DNA from: an uncultured virus (IMG/VR IMGVR_UViG_3300026559_000007)
Taxonomy: Duplodnaviria; Heunggongvirae; Uroviricota; Caudoviricetes
IMG/VR virus record: IMGVR_UViG_3300026559_000007
Strand: one strand, 5' to 3'
DNA length: 64,000 nucleotides
Every line of letters starts with the position of its first letter. The stretch's first letter is position 1. Below the pieces are notes generated by a model. It was not told the origin of the DNA and ran no database searches. It saw only the letters and a program-made list of their open reading frames with translations. Shown piece by piece: positions 38,629 to 61,968 of the stretch. Made by a program: the position numbers and the translations under genes.

Positions 38629-40251
38629 TTTCTCTTTGCTACCGTGTTCGCACGTCGAAGGCTGGTATCAAACTGATTAATAAAGAAGCATCCGAAAGAT
38701 CAGTAATAGCAAACTAGAAATATATCATCTAATCTATCTTATATAATGGATCCTGCGATTATTATCAATAAATAAATATCCTGTAATATAACAAATAAGA
38801 GAAGGATTTAAATAGATAACTGTAAAATCAAAAAACATTAGCTGCATTCGCTATAGAGAAGCTAAATAATAAAAGCTAAAGTTTCATGGTCTCAGAATAT
38901 GATCAATAAAGAAATAAGAATAAAAAATTACAGGAATTTTGTTTGATCCCCTTTTAAATATTTTAAAACAAAATCTCTTTATTTAGTATCGAGCATTACT
39001 TGAAGTCGAGCATTACTTGAAAATGAGATTTGACGTTGTATTACTAATCTATTTCTGATCCAATATAGTGGAGACTCATAGCGGACATTCTGCGAAACTA
39101 AAAGTTGTAAGAGCACAAGAAAATTCCGGTAGGATAAAAACGCCTGCATTATCGCAACCCGATTAACAAACTAGCTTAAAAAAGATTAAAATCGTCCGTC
39201 ATCTGAAGACTGGCATCCGCAAAATAGCAATCACATTATTATATGTCGCATTCAACTTTTTTCTTATAGATTGCCATTAAAAATCCAATTTTGTAATTGA
39301 TTAATTTGTTTACAAATTATAAATTTTTAATTATGTTTTGTATAATCATAAATGTTGTATCATATCTTATTATACCTTAATTTAACATAGACATATATAC
39401 ATACATATAATATGTATAAAAAATTTATAAGTGAAAATTGGTATTATATAAAATGTATGCTCTTTGAAATAATAAAGATTTTTATCATATATATCTTCCA
39501 AATTGTTTGAAGTGTACACGCACGCGCATAAAAATTTAAAAGTAATTCATTGTTATTCACTTGATTTCTTTGTGATGAAGACAAGCTTTTGCTAGCACTA
39601 ATTAAAATAATGCATTATTGTTGATCAGTGTATGCAAAATCTGTGTTATTGATGAATGTGTTATTATATTATTGATGAATTTAAATGAAGAATAAACATT
39701 GAATTATCAATTAAATTTGGCGCAATATCAATGACTAGACAAGATGTCATGGTTCATAAGTAGCACTTCTGTCACTGTTGCACGAATCAGTGTCAATAGA
39801 AGAGATGCGGAATCGTCATTAAAAAGTATGTATACGAGAATGCATTCGCGTCACCTAAACGACAGTTGCATGCATACGCACAGTATGCTTGCATCGCGGA
39901 AGAAGCAAATCAAAGACCGAGAGTGGAGCAGTCAGAAGGACAAACGAAGGGCAGGAAGAAAGGAGGGAAAGAAGAAAGACACGCTTTCAGACGAATTTTA
40001 TCCTTAAGACATCGTGGACGTTGTGCGTGCAAGAAGAAAAGAACATAAACTGTAATATAATAAAAAAAAGAGTAGAGCACAAAAGTGGACAGGAAGCTGT
40101 TGACATTTCAAAAGTGTCCTCAGCATCATAGCGAGCCTCTGATCGTGAATTCCATTTGATTGGCGATACTCCCGCGCAGTATAGCTGGTCTCTCACCTGG
40201 AAAGGAAAAGTAAGCCGAAGGAAGCATGTTCTGACGACGAGAAAAGATATC

Positions 40252-48353
<8,102 letters not shown>

Positions 48354-48730
48354 ATTGGGTCTCATATTGTGGAAATGTTGCATCGAATATTAGATCAATT
48401 GAGATTACGACGGGCAACAATGTGAATGACTATTTTTCGACATTTCATACATTCCCAGATGTGCCTTTTGATAGATTATATTTTAATATTTTGATATTTT
48501 TCGATTATGTTTATATCTATAACATTTTTGTAATATCTTTTTACGTGCCTCTTAATTTTATTATTTTATCGATAAATGTAATAATGAAAGTAATTGTTAA
48601 AAATTTATTGGAGAATATTGAATTCTTTTTATCTTTCATAATTCTTATTCATTTTAAAAAATTAATATATTTTTTTAATAATAATGTATTATATTTACTT
48701 TAGTCATATGTAAGAAGAGCTACTCATCGA

Positions 48731-48803
48731 GGTTCCGTGGTGTAGCGGTTATCACGTCTGCTTTACACGCAGAAGGTCGCCAGTTCGATCCCGGCCGGAA
48801 CCA
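48731..48803 (+). tRNA. tRNA-Val(TAC)
   Basis: Cloverleaf with GGTTCCG/CGGAACC acceptor stem, A-box TGGTGTAGCGG, anticodon arm TCTGC-TTTACAC-GCAGA and T-loop TTCGATC. Confidence 0.95.
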
Positions 48804-48804
48804 C

Positions 48805-48813
48805 TTTTTTTTT
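48805..48813 (+). terminator. RNA polymerase III oligo-T terminator
   Basis: T run immediately after the tRNA discriminator base. Confidence 0.85.
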
Positions 48814-49507
48814 CTTCTTCAGCGTAATTGCTCCTTTTCTAACAATTATTGCAATTATTCCTTTTTTTATACAATTGTCAAAGCAAGCGCGAACATTTAA
48901 TCGACAATTTTCAGAAATTATTAATTATTATTAAATATTTAATAATATATTACCTAATGTTATATTAATAATATATTGACAATAAAATGAATACATTTAT
49001 TACTATTGTGAGCACGTTTTTACTTTATTTCTAAAATTTAATTGACATACAATTGATTGAGTTAGAAAGATAACTTAAAAGTCTCTTAATTTATATAAAA
49101 GATTTCTCTCTCTCTCTCTCTCTTGCTGTAAGAAATTAAATAAAATTAAACTTGTTGGTGAGAGAACTGCTCGGCGCTCCATTGAATACTGCTAGTCGGC
49201 ATCGCACTTATCGACTCTCAGTGAAGGGACGAAAGTATGAAAAGATTCGAGTGAGAGATAGGGCGGATCGAAGGAATCCGCAAGAATGGAGAGATATGCG
49301 TGGGCGAACCGTGAGAAACGGCAGGTGACACCTTGTCATAGCGGTCGGCGGTTCACACTTCGGGCTCGTTCGTTCTTTTCTGGTGACAAGACAACCAAAG
49401 TAACGGTGCAGGGCCGCTTTTAGCGTGGAATCGAGCGAAGAGAGTGTCATATAAGCTTGCCATATAAAATTTTGCGAAACGAAGAGAATGCCAACTTAAA
49501 ATTATAT

Positions 49508-49596
<89 letters not shown>

Positions 49597-49670
49597 ACAT
49601 AATCCGTTATAAAATATAAAAACAGTATACATATATAAATTATTTTGCATCATTTTTGTAATATATATAC

Positions 49671-49702
<32 letters not shown>

Positions 49703-50185
49703 TTAAAAAAAAATGCAAAATAATTAATGAAAGTGCTGATTTCCTGTAAATGATAAATATGATGAAAAATTAAAAAATTTGATTTTTCATATGACACAGC
49801 TTTCAAGAGTACATTACGCGTTGAACAAAAAGATGTAAATAACACATGTGTCTCCAAGAGATCACAAGATTTATTTTATTTTATTCTTTAGACGTTCTGA
49901 CATCCTCGCAATAAGTACAGCAGCTCGGATGATCGCTTGGACGATGGTGAAATGATAGCAGTGGGAGTTCTGAAAAAGACGGCGTCCCTGGCATCGAGCT
50001 TTTTCCTGCGGAGAACAGGAGCAAGAGGGTGAGGAGGATAAAAGGTTTCCTTGTTTAACAAAATATCGTCTCCGAGCCATTAGCCCGACCGTTGCCACTT
50101 CAACGCGATTTTCTGCTCCCGCCGCCGCGTCGAGGAGGCACTCGAGGATCTGTGAATCCGGCGAGCTATCAAATGCAGATTCCCA

Positions 50186-50241
<56 letters not shown>

Positions 50242-51348
50242 CTCCAGAGTAATCTTAATGTGTTAGAACACGCAAACTTTCAGGAACTTGGCATGCTCCA
50301 TCTTGTCAGCGTTAATTCAACCTTAAATAATCGCCAGATATTCTTCTATGCCTCCTCTCTTTTTTAATTTATTAATTTGATTTTTTGAGAGACATTAAGG
50401 ATTGTCTTACAGAATATAACGCAGTATTACTGTTAAACAAATAATATCCATGTATGATTCAGATGATATAACTTCTGCGGGCTATTAACAGGTATACGAA
50501 TTAATATCTTGCTTTTGACTTCAAGCATTCATGACCTCATCGATTCAAAGCCACCAGATTTCTACAGCAGCCAGAAAAATGGCTCAAGATCATCGGGAAT
50601 AATGGGAAGTATTTTATTGATTAAAATTTTTCCTCTTATAAATAAATCTTTACAAGAAAACAAGAGATTAATTTGTACATCTAATACAAGCGATTCCTGT
50701 CATGATGTACTTTTCCGTTGCTTACATTATAAATTTTTATTCTGCAATCTGTTTGACACTCGAACTTTTGTTCTCAGAATGCAAATTTTCTTTCTCGATC
50801 CCCAAAGTGCATCTATCTCGCAAATTTCGACGAATAAAATGTATCCGATACACAAAGGCGGTCTGATCGAGTACGCTTAGTTGGCGATCATCGATTTCCG
50901 AGGAAATAATAAATGAAATATTCAAGGTATACCGTATATGCCTATCTTGCGTAACGTCGCAGCGCCGTGAGAAAATACCAGATGTCACCGTCACTCCCAG
51001 CTTAGGTAAGAGAACGTAGCTCAACCAGCTCTGTCAGATCTTCGCTCAAGGATCATTCCTCCCGGCCTGAAGTCGATCTATGCTCCGGATGAAATTGTGT
51101 AACATGATCAGTAGATTCAATACGTCACGCTAAATGTCACGCACATCTAAATTAATCAATATGCATCATTGAAATAAAATTAAATAACTTTTATCAGCAA
51201 CATCGGTTGTAAGTATCTTATCTATCCATTATATCTTTTTCACATACTTTTATGTCTTTGTTTCCTTTTCCGTCTACACGGAGAATCTGTTATCGAATTC
51301 AAAAAGCGTTTGACATCGGGGTAATACATGTTCTCTCTATCCCTCCCT

Positions 51349-51402
<54 letters not shown>

Positions 51403-54400
51403 CTTTTCATGCGATCCGCTCGATAACGTCGCTCAACTCCGATAGTTCCTCGCGATTAGCCGGAGGGAGGCAGCAAGAGCCGCGCGCGAGTTGACTTTCG
51501 CGCTCCGCCGAGGGCAACAGGCGAGGGCGAAGGAGGGAGCAGCATATCCCATGAGGGGTATGCTTGGTCGAGGGGTTGCGCTCATACGACCCCTGCGAGG
51601 ATCGCGAGATCCAGCCCCGCCTGTTGGCCAATCGTCGTCGCGTTGGTCGACGTCTCGCGCACGTGTTCTCGCGTCGACGGACAGCGCGTCCGCCCAGCCG
51701 CGGACCTAAGAGTGATCCTCGCGGCCGACACCCTCACCTACCCTTTTGCACCACGCCGTTCCCGTTCGCGAACGCGGCCCGATCGCTAAGCGGGTAAAAA
51801 TTACGAGTTATAGGTCGCATGTGTCCCGCGCGCGTACGCGAGCGTTGACGAGCGATAAAAGCGATCGTCCGGATGCACGATTGAACGCTCTTCGCGAGTT
51901 CCGGAATCTTAGCGGCGATCTTCGCGGAATTCCGGAAAGGATCGTGCATCATTCTGCAGCCTGCGCGAGTTGGCAATTTTTTCTTGAGCAATTTTCTCTC
52001 ACCATCGTGACGCGAATCGGTGCAAATTCGATCTCGAATATCGAAATGACAGAGGAATCATGATTCGATTAGATCCTCTGGTTAGTAATTCTAAATAGAA
52101 TTCGGATAAATATTAATCAAAATTCTGCGCGTAAAGAAGAAAACAGTTATCACATTATCACTTTTCAAAAAAAGTCTGTTCTTATATTACGATACAAAAT
52201 TCTATGTTGTGAGAGCTTTAAGGATGTCCGCGCGGCATCATGAACATCACTGAACTTGACTAAGGATCAGTCAGCAGCATCGACCTGAAAGAAAGAAGAA
52301 GAGATCTGCAGAATACGAAATCTCACGCGAGTAAGTGCAACCGTGAATCGTGATTTGTCTTCGATAGTCTTCGACAATTCAATAAATGGATGAATCGTCG
52401 GAAATTTAAACGACGATGATGCAAAAAGATCCATTCTTTGCTTTCTGATAACGCTGGAAGAAGAACCGCGAAAGAAGCTACGATAAGTCTCTTCAAAATG
52501 GGTGTAAAACTTTTAAAAGATACAATAAAATATTACACGATCATGATTATTGGGAAATCATCACTTTCGTGACGCTTCTTACAGCGTTCTCCAGAATAAC
52601 AAAATTTTTACGAATATTCTCCATTGCATCGTTGTATAAATTCCCTATCGACTTCATAATAATTCTTTGCTACAATACGGACATGCACGCACATATCTCG
52701 CAATTTCCAAAATTTATCGCCCGCGAGCATCGCCGACCCCGCCGCCATCATTGCGCTCCTCGGAATCAGCGCGCGCTCTCGCCGATGGAGCTATTAATGA
52801 GCGACACGTGTCGCGGTCATGTCTCTCACGGCGGCCGTATGTATACCCGCACCTGTAAACTGGCTTTCCGGCTTTGCAATTGCCGTGTCGCGATGCCCGT
52901 CATTATCGTCGAATCCGGCGCATATGTCAGAAAAGACGCGCGAGCGAAAGGGAGGTTCGGAAAAACGGAATACTTCCGTTCGTTCCTCGATATCTAGACA
53001 CGCGTGGATACTATTAACGCGCTGCCATGTTATAATTCGCACGCGATATTCGCACCTTTTCCATACGACACATGTCGTCGCGAATTCGGGCGCTTTGCTC
53101 TTCGTTCAATGTATATCTGACGGCTGCTATATGCGCGGGCGTTGTTTAATATACAAATATAGATAGACGAGTACCCGCGCGCGATTGTTCCGATTGTATA
53201 TATGTATATATATATATATAATATATATTGTATTATATATATATATATATATATTAGTATGCATATCTATATCGCTCCACGGTATTTTCCGCGTTGCGCG
53301 CTATAATGCGATGGAAGGCTGGAGAACATTTATGAAAATTGTATTCCTAGAGAACGCTGCAAAAGGCGCCGTAAAAGCGATAATTTCCTAACAATTATAA
53401 TTGCATGATGCATTCTTGCGCAGTTTTCGAAGCATACTTATGCCTGTTTTGTTTTGAAGGCATTTAGTAGCTTTGTAGCTTTATTGTAGCTTTTAGCGCA
53501 GAAAGACGTATCGCAGACGTAACATTGTCTCGCGGCTCTTGATCTTCCTTGAAGCAGCCTTGAAGCAGATGCGCGATCGGGATCTGATTTTTCGCTAAAC
53601 TGTCGAGATTTATCGCGATCGCCGGGGACGGAGACCGTATCGGATCGTATCGCGAGATCCTCCTGACGACTCGCCATTTGTTCGACGGCACACGCACGCA
53701 CGCGGGTGTCATGACACAACGTGACCCAGCGTGTCACGCAATCACTGCCAAACCGTGCGAAGTGTGCACGTGTGCGCTACCGGAACCAATCGCGCCGCGG
53801 CTAATCGTAAATTAGGATCGGCTAAAAAAAAGAGAAAAGGCAGCTCGCGGTCATTAACTTCGGTAATCGCCGGAACCCCAGCCGATTCCGTCGTTCAATT
53901 ATCCAACTATCGAGCGTAGTCTCGGATCATACTTTCAAGCATTAACTCGTTAAGCATTAGCCCGTCTTTAATTGCCGCATCATAAGATGAAACAGTCCTA
54001 CAGTCTTCTCATTTTTCCACACGTTTCGTGTTCGCGGATATGGAAAGTCGAAAAGGAAGATCCTTTTCTCGCAGAGAAAATCTTGCACTCACGTTTATCG
54101 TAGCATTTTTCATGCTTTTGCTTAGAGAAGCGAAACAGCCTTTCCTTTTAAACTCGGTAGATATCTTCATTTTATTTTAAAAGAATTGAACTAATTCCAT
54201 TGCCAAGTTCTCGATTTTTCAGTCGCGCGCTTCATTCTGATCAAACGCACTTTATCGCGTAACTAACTTATCACGTTTCTGAAATATCGATGCTAATTAT
54301 TTTAATTAATCGGATTATGAAATATCTGGCTCTCTTCTAAGATCTATCGTGCGACATATGCCATTCTTCTTTAAACTCGATTATTATTTACGAGTCGTTA

Positions 54401-57400
54401 ATTGTACCACGAGCTGATAAGCGTTATAAAGTCACGTAACAGTCAGATGAATCGATCACGTTTATATAGAAGCGAATTATCAAAAATAAATCGCCATAAT
54501 CCACGATTCACGGGCGATTGTGGCAAAGGAGGGCTTTAAACCGAATTCGAATCTATGTCCGCGAAAAGATTATATCCTGACTAATGAACGACAAGTTACA
54601 CAATTGTGCTTGCATTGCGTTGCATGCATAACTAGTCCCATGTCAATCATCGAGATCATCAAGATACATTAATTGTCTGTAATACTGCAAGATTGACTCG
54701 TCGGATTTTCGAAATATCCAAATTAAATTTTAAGAATTCTGAGATCATTTTCTTTTAAATGGAGTTGAGAGGAACGAGGCGGCCCTCGCTTTGTATGATA
54801 CAAAGAGCTCAGAGAAAAACCAGGTCCAGGTGAGTCGCGTATTCAGCAACGTCACGACGTAACATAGGATTCCCGGCAGCACGTGTTTTTTTTCTCAATG
54901 AACCCTCCGTGTGCTGATTACATTTAGATAACGCTCGCGTTGCGCGAAGTTAATCAAATTAAAAATCAAGTCGAAAGGGGAACGCGGCCAGTTTAATGCT
55001 GATTTCTTGTATTAGCCAGCCATCTTCGACTTGATCAGAGATGAGAAAGTTCGAGCGGTGGATTCGCATCAAGTCTGAGAGTCCTTTTTCTCGTTCGTAC
55101 GCACGTTTCGGCGCATGCTTGCTTCGGGCAATGCTTTTTAAATTGTTACTAAATATTTATTGTATCGTGTCTCGATAAAAGCCATCCTTTCTAAAACCAT
55201 TTTTTATTTCAGAATCGATATAGGGTTAATATCGGATTAATATCAAATTGTTAAATCGCAGTGCTGTTCCGCTTCGTACCCCGAAATTATGCGAGACCAT
55301 TTTCACTGCATATACCGTGCAGTTGACGATCGATCAGCATTTTTTATGCGAAAGGACGCACGTGACGTGACGCGGAAAAAAATTTGCATGCCGTCAACGC
55401 CTTGCAACGCGTCGTGTCCTCGAAAACTATCGAAAAGTCATTGGATCGACATTAGACTGATTTACTTTGTTCCGAACCGCGCTTGTCGAACTTTGCATGA
55501 TCGATGGGTTCGCACTAAACTGTTTCTATGAGCGCGACATCCGTTTACGAGAAAGATGTTCTTCGTAACGATCTCTCAACTTCGATTCTTTCTACAGAAA
55601 TTTCGTTCGAAAATTTTCAAATATTATCAAATCAAAATTCAACCAAAGCTGAAAGTTTATTTATATGTCCATTGAATCGAATTTGGCAAGATTTTTGATA
55701 TCTAATGATAAATTAATCAATAATAAATTAACGATCTGTTTAATAATAAATACAATAGAAAGCGAATTGCGGTACAATCTGATTTTGCAAGATTGTATGA
55801 AATTATTTTTCTTAAAACGAAAGTTTTAAGAATCAAAAAAGTTATCGGAAAAGTTATCGGAATTTTATATTTGTTATTCTTCTTCTGCAATTTCGCAACT
55901 TCCGTTCCATTCACTCTTCCGGAGTAGGCGTTTGGTCTGTGCGTTTTTAGGGAGGGAAATCTGGTTGTCCGACTCGCTCACCCCCGTCGCGATGTGTGAC
56001 ATATGTTATATGCGTGTGCAGGCGACAGGCTCGTGCAAACAGGGTTAAATAATACGCCCCGTGTAATTGCACACTGGCGCACCATACATGGCTGCAATAT
56101 GTTAAAGTGACCGTCACTTGGGGGTGGAGGAAAGCTCGAAGAAAGACAAAAGCGTTAACTTTGGTAAATTTCTTTCTGTCGTTTCTGATTGCCTGATTGT
56201 TTGTTAATTATCTGATTCTGCTTAACGATCATTAACGATTCTCAATCAACTTCTTAGCTAGCGGTTAACAAATTTACAAACCATCCTTCAGGTCTGATCC
56301 TTTGCAATTGCAAATCCGTTTTATTAATTACAGCTAAGCGTTCGCATCGTTTCCTGCTTCTATCGGCTTGCTATTCACAAGCAGAAATATTTTCTCACAC
56401 GAAATTACTTTTATTTTCTTCTCATCGTTTCATCAACCATCAACTATCTTTTAATCTCTGAGACTTTCTTACACAAAGTTGCTTGAAATACTTTCCAATA
56501 TTTCATTGTAATAAAATCTTCCGCCCCGAGCGCCAGATTGATCGCCATCGGTCATCGCGGCGGTCATGGGGATGATAAAAATGTTATGACAGCCCAAGAC
56601 TCTCGCATGAGAGGGACGAGGGTTCCCGCTCGGCACAACGGAGGGCGGACTATCAAGAAGTCAGTCCCCCTCACCAGGAGAAAGAAGTACTGAGCCGGTG
56701 CATGCGTACGGTCCCGGTCCCTCCGACGGTGAGGGTGCGGCAAAACGGTGGCATCGTTCGCGTCGAGCTAACTTCTCCGGCTAACGGTGGCGGAAACGGC
56801 GACGGCAGTGGTGGTGGTTTACCACCGCTTGGGCGATGCTCTCCACGGCTGCATTATTGAGCCTGGGAAACGGACAGGTGGCCCGGGCGCCCGTCCGGGT
56901 CCGTGACGAGCGAGCGGGAGGGGGAGGGTGGGCGAGCAAGGGGCGGTAGCCCTGAGGGCCCGCGAGGGTGACGTAGAGTCACAGGAAAGGGGATTCGCGA
57001 TGCCGCTGTCAGAGTCGCTGCCGTCGAGGGATCGCTCGAGGACACGCGACCTCCTGGCTTCTCGACTTTGTGACCGCGCGCGAGGACACTCGCTCTTTCT
57101 TTCTCTTTTTCTCTCTTTCGTTCTTCGATTTCGTCCTGATCGTCGCGAACGATTCCGCGCTCATTGTGCACGGTCACAGAGGACTGTCATAATTGTTTCA
57201 TCTTTCTCTTCTTTTCTTGCTGTTTATCCTGCAGTTCCTCTGTTTTCGAAGCTGCAATTATTTTATTCACGACACTTTACTTTTCTATCTTTTATCTAGG
57301 AGGAGAAATGTGGAATACTCAGGTTTAAGAATATTGAATTATCGAATATTGAGAGATTATATAGAAACATAAATCTATCATTAGGCACTGCGATGATACC

Positions 57401-58624
57401 GACACACGACTGTTTCAATATCATATCAATTTCTTATATATTAAATTATAATATTGATATTATATTGATAACGTAACATTAACTATGCCCGGTAATTACT
57501 AATTATTTGCAATCAAGACGCAAAACGACTATTTATCTTCTTATCGTGTCGAAATATCCTTCTATCGCCGACGAGATCCGTCATACAATTTCCAATATTA
57601 ATCTCGAGCTCGTGCTTGCTTGAAATTTATCGCGCTTGTTGAAGAGAAACTGAAATTGCGCTTCGAATATTTCAAGAGCCGTTCGGCCATTAAGTCGGGC
57701 AGCGCGTCGATCACATGGAATAGAGAGATTAAAATAGCGCTCGTTAAGACGCGGAGAAACAGCCGGCGACATGATCGATCGCGCAAGATCGTCGATCATC
57801 TCCCTCGCTCCGACCGATTACTCGGCGGCGAGCTTAAAGTCGCCAAGACAGACACAAATCGACGATGTCGCGGGTGATGTTTAGCGATCTCTGCCATCGC
57901 ATTACGACGTAATATGCAAGCTATACGAAGCGGCTTTCCAGTCTCTTCATCGTGCATTGTCTATAGCAGTTGTACACAGCGAGGAACCCTTGCATGTTAA
58001 ATCGCACAGCCAGATAATGAGGCAAACTACGTACACGTCTTGCTCGCATATTGCGTTTCTCATCGTGGGCATGCAATGCATAATGCAGAAACGCTGGTAA
58101 CTGCGTCAATGACTCATCAATTTGTCCGAGAGCTTTCCGAAGAGCTTTAGCAATGTATCGCCATATCGTTTTGGAAGTCTGATAAAGCTGTCGTGGCGCG
58201 AAAGAGAGTCCAACGGCCTCCAGTGTTCTCGACTCAACGAATTCAGCTGCTCTTCGGCAACTCCTGCGAGATTTAATTCCTTCTCATTTCATAGAATAAA
58301 TACGAGACGCTAAATGATATCGGTCGCTATAAAATGAAAGTTCTTCTTCAATGAATTAAGTTTGCACGTTCCTCCCTGGTTTCACTTTACATTGTACGTT
58401 CTGCTACGCAATCGTTCAGGCGATGATTCTCTGATTCCCTTCTTTCTTCGCATTTTATTAATAAGTAAATTCTTGATTCCATCGTAAATTCACTCGCTGA
58501 TTAAACGCTGACAAGTTATCTTCATCAAATCGTTATATTGCTTCGACTTGGAATTATACGCTGCGTGAAAATGCAAAGTCAATCACGTTTTCTGTCAAGT
58601 CAACTTTCGCTGTAAACAGGTTCG

Positions 58625-61600
58625 ATGAAAATGGAAGAGAACGGACGCGGCGAAACGCTGTGCAAGGTCTGCGGCGACAAGGCTTCTGGAAAGCATTACG
58701 GGGTGCCAAGCTGCGATGGATGTCGGGGTTTCTTCAAGCGGTCTATCCGCAGGTACGCGAGGTAATAATTGACTTAATTGAATAATTAAGCCAGATTCCC
58801 AGCTAATCCGATCAGTAGATTTGTCTGTTCTTTGGAATTCATTGTTATCCCAAAAGCCGAACACCGTCATTATCGATATCCTTGATTGTTGCTTCAATCG
58901 TATATCGTCATAAAATAAACGTGACATTGATGATTGACCTTTTGAATTTTTTGTGTTTCCACACTGTGTACACAGGAATCTGGATTACGTGTGCAAGGAG
59001 AACGGACGTTGCATCGTGGATGTGTCGCGGCGCAATCAGTGCCAAGCTTGCCGCTTCACCAAGTGCCTTCAGGTCAACATGAAACGAGACGGTATGCCTG
59101 TCCTAGCCTTGCCCGAGAAATAGCGACTCGTTTACCTAAAAAAGAAAGAAACATCTAAACATGATGCAATTCCTCACAAAATTTTTGCTTTTCCGCTTAA
59201 ATCCGCCCTCGATAACGTACAACATGTTAATCTCGCTGTTTCTTTTTCTTTCTTTTTTCTTCTCTCCTTCCTCCCTTCTATCCCCCTTCCCTGATTTGAT
59301 TATCTTCCAGCTTAAAGAAAAATAGAATGCGTACGTTGCAACACTCTAGAGCCGCAGAGAGCGGCACTCGACATGTTTGCGCGGAAATATCCGGCGGAGT
59401 GGCTAAGTGAGAGATGCATTCTACTTTCTGACAGACGCAGAACTCCTGGAGGGTGACAGGTCGAACCTCAGCGGAACCGAAATGTTTCGACAGTTGATTG
59501 CGCGGCCATCGTCGCGGCACTCCCGAGATGACCTACACTTCCGTCTTCTTCGCACAAGCGATGCCCGTTTATAGAGAAAGAATCCACAAGCGGACTGTTA
59601 TTCGCGTGGACATTAGCCGTATCGGTCGCTCGCGCCATTCCGCAAGATGGGCTTTTCATCCTCCGTTGGCACTCGAAGCTTACTCTTCAGTGGAGAGCTT
59701 TAAAATATACACACATATATACACAAGCAGAGAAGGACACATTGAGCGCGAGGAGCATCGCGAATCGCGTGGCCATCATGATGCATGGCGGCGTTTCTCG
59801 CTCGACGGAAGGGAAATGGTCTGGAAAAAGCGTAGTGCGCGTCCTCACAGAAACGCCACACATGTGGTGGCCCACGTCTCACGTACACCCGCACCGATGC
59901 GTCCACATGAAACTCTATATTTCTGCTTACCGAACGGCAGGATCCGGTGGCGGGCGGTGTCAGAAGCAGCCTGGCGCGTTCACAGCTTTTGTAAACATCT
60001 CCGGCCCCTTTATGCGCCAAGCGATAATCCAAACACTTGATTGCTGAGATATCAATTAGCGAAGGGGAGGTAGGTGCCATTAAAGGGCCACTGCCGCTCC
60101 ACGAGCCTTCCTCTTGTGCGCGGCCACGCGCGCGGTATTGTGCGAGGCTGCGAGTTTATTGTCTTTGCAAACGCTACCTCGGCAAAGTCCAAGATCTTTC
60201 ACTCCACTTCCTAGGCCAGGCTAGCTAAAGATATCGCATTGTTCGAGTTCTCAGGATGTAATTCTTGTTATATTCATTTTATATATATATAATTTTATAT
60301 TCATCGTATCTGTAATTATATGTAGTTATCTCATTATTCCATTGTTAAACACTGGTTCAATTCAAGGACAAACCGCAGCTTAAGGTGGACATTCATGGAC
60401 GGCATTTTAATTGGTACACCTGTTCTTCTTCAGCCGTGCAGCATGAGAGAGCACCGCGGAGCACGTCGTCCCTAGTCGCTGCGGCGAGAAGGACTCCCTC
60501 CGGACTTTATACGGGCATCCCCAATGTTTATCATCCCACGGGCACCGCCTATCATCCTCTTCTGTACCCCGCGCTGTTCCCCTTCAAGCCCACGGTACCA
60601 GCGTTCACCCCGTCAGTCGGTAAGCATGAATTATATGGAGAAAAAATAGCAAATTATATTCCTTGGATCGAGATACCTCTTCGGTAATAAAATCTATCGC
60701 TATTCTTGCCTGGCTAGCGCATTTCCTGCCACGACCTACTCCGGAATCATTGTCTATGACCGCGGCCAAGGAGGACGAAGTTACCAGCTCCGAGGAAGCG
60801 GCTACTATCGAGGTCAGGGTCGAATCGAAAGGTACGAAGTAACCTACGTTTAGCCGATCAATCCGTACAGATTCTTACGAATCTGCAGTGGTTTAATAGC
60901 GCAGTGGAAAATTCCAATGTTGTCTGCTTGCGCTTGTCGCAGAGGAACCGGTAAATACCCGCTTGGCGCCGCCGCTCATCACTTCTGTTTCATCAGAATA
61001 CAACGTGCAAGGCTTGTCTCTTCTGCCGACCGAGAATATCTACGAGTTCGCGGCGAAGCTGCTCTTCTTCGCCGTGAGATGGGCGAGGAGTATACATTCT
61101 TTTCTGCAAGTAAGCTACGATTCGGACGACTCCTCTTTCAAGTCCTTTTCGGCATAATAGAGTGGGAACCGAAGATATCTAACTTTATCGCGTAATTATG
61201 AATATCAAACATGTGTCCATATAACCATGTCATACCATCGTACTAAAAGTTATTCGAAGTCATGATTATCTTCTTCTCTCTTGCAAGCTTCCCTATAGAG
61301 ATCAAACCATTCTCCTGGAAGAATCGTGGAGCGAATTGTTCGTGTTGACTGCCGCGCAGTGGAACTTCCCCGTGGACGAAACCGTCCTGGTACCCATGGA
61401 TCTGCCATTGGAGCGAAGGGAAGTTCTGATCGACAAGGCAAGAAGGCTGAGAGAGCTCCTGGCAAAATGCACCGCGCTCAGAGTCGACCATTCGGAATAC
61501 GCGTGCTTGAAGGCCATAGTTCTCTTCAAAGCTGGTGAGACTACGAGAATTTCCTCCTAAGAGTAAATCGCGTTAAAAGCGCAGTCATTACCACGTCATG

Positions 61601-61968
61601 GCAATGGATATTCCTCATGTTATGACTTATTTATTCTATTAAAACCCTTTTGAAAGCGCTTCGAAAAAGTTGACAGCGCTTTAAAATGCAATCTTAGCTT
61701 AAGTACGATTTATCCAAAGATCGCTTAATGCCTCGCAGAGTCGCGTAGCCTATGCGAGCCGGGGCGAGTGTCGGCGTTGCAGGAGCAAACGGTGGCAGTG
61801 TTCTGCGAGAGGGATGCTCGCAGGGTGGGTCGTTTGCTGCTGCTATTACCATCGGCACGAGCGCTCTGTCGCGCCACTCTGCACGAGCTACTGTTCAAGC
61901 CGACCGTTGGTGACGTCAGTGTAGAACGATTGCTGGGCGACATGGTCGGTGCTCTTAGGCCTGCTTAA
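58625..61968 (+). CDS. Nuclear receptor, NR2E family (photoreceptor-specific nuclear receptor-like, probably NR2E6), 7 coding exons, ~395 aa
   Basis: Exons 58625-58752, 58976-59091, 60434-60619, 60718-60831, 60943-61109, 61288-61534 and 61739-61968 are in frame (1188 nt). [34 protein letters not shown]...[13 protein letters not shown]-box: [58 protein letters not shown]-2 VERLLGDM. Confidence 0.92.

Noticed and set aside
38989..39021. Short tandem duplication tcgagcattacttgaa x2 (similar ones at 10530-10572 and 36024-36053)
   Set aside because: Only two copies, consistent with ordinary slippage. These are not CRISPR-like or mobile-element ends.
59498..60080. 180-aa and 126-aa ORFs in the nuclear receptor intron
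   Set aside because: GC-rich intron with overlapping ORFs in several frames and no motifs.
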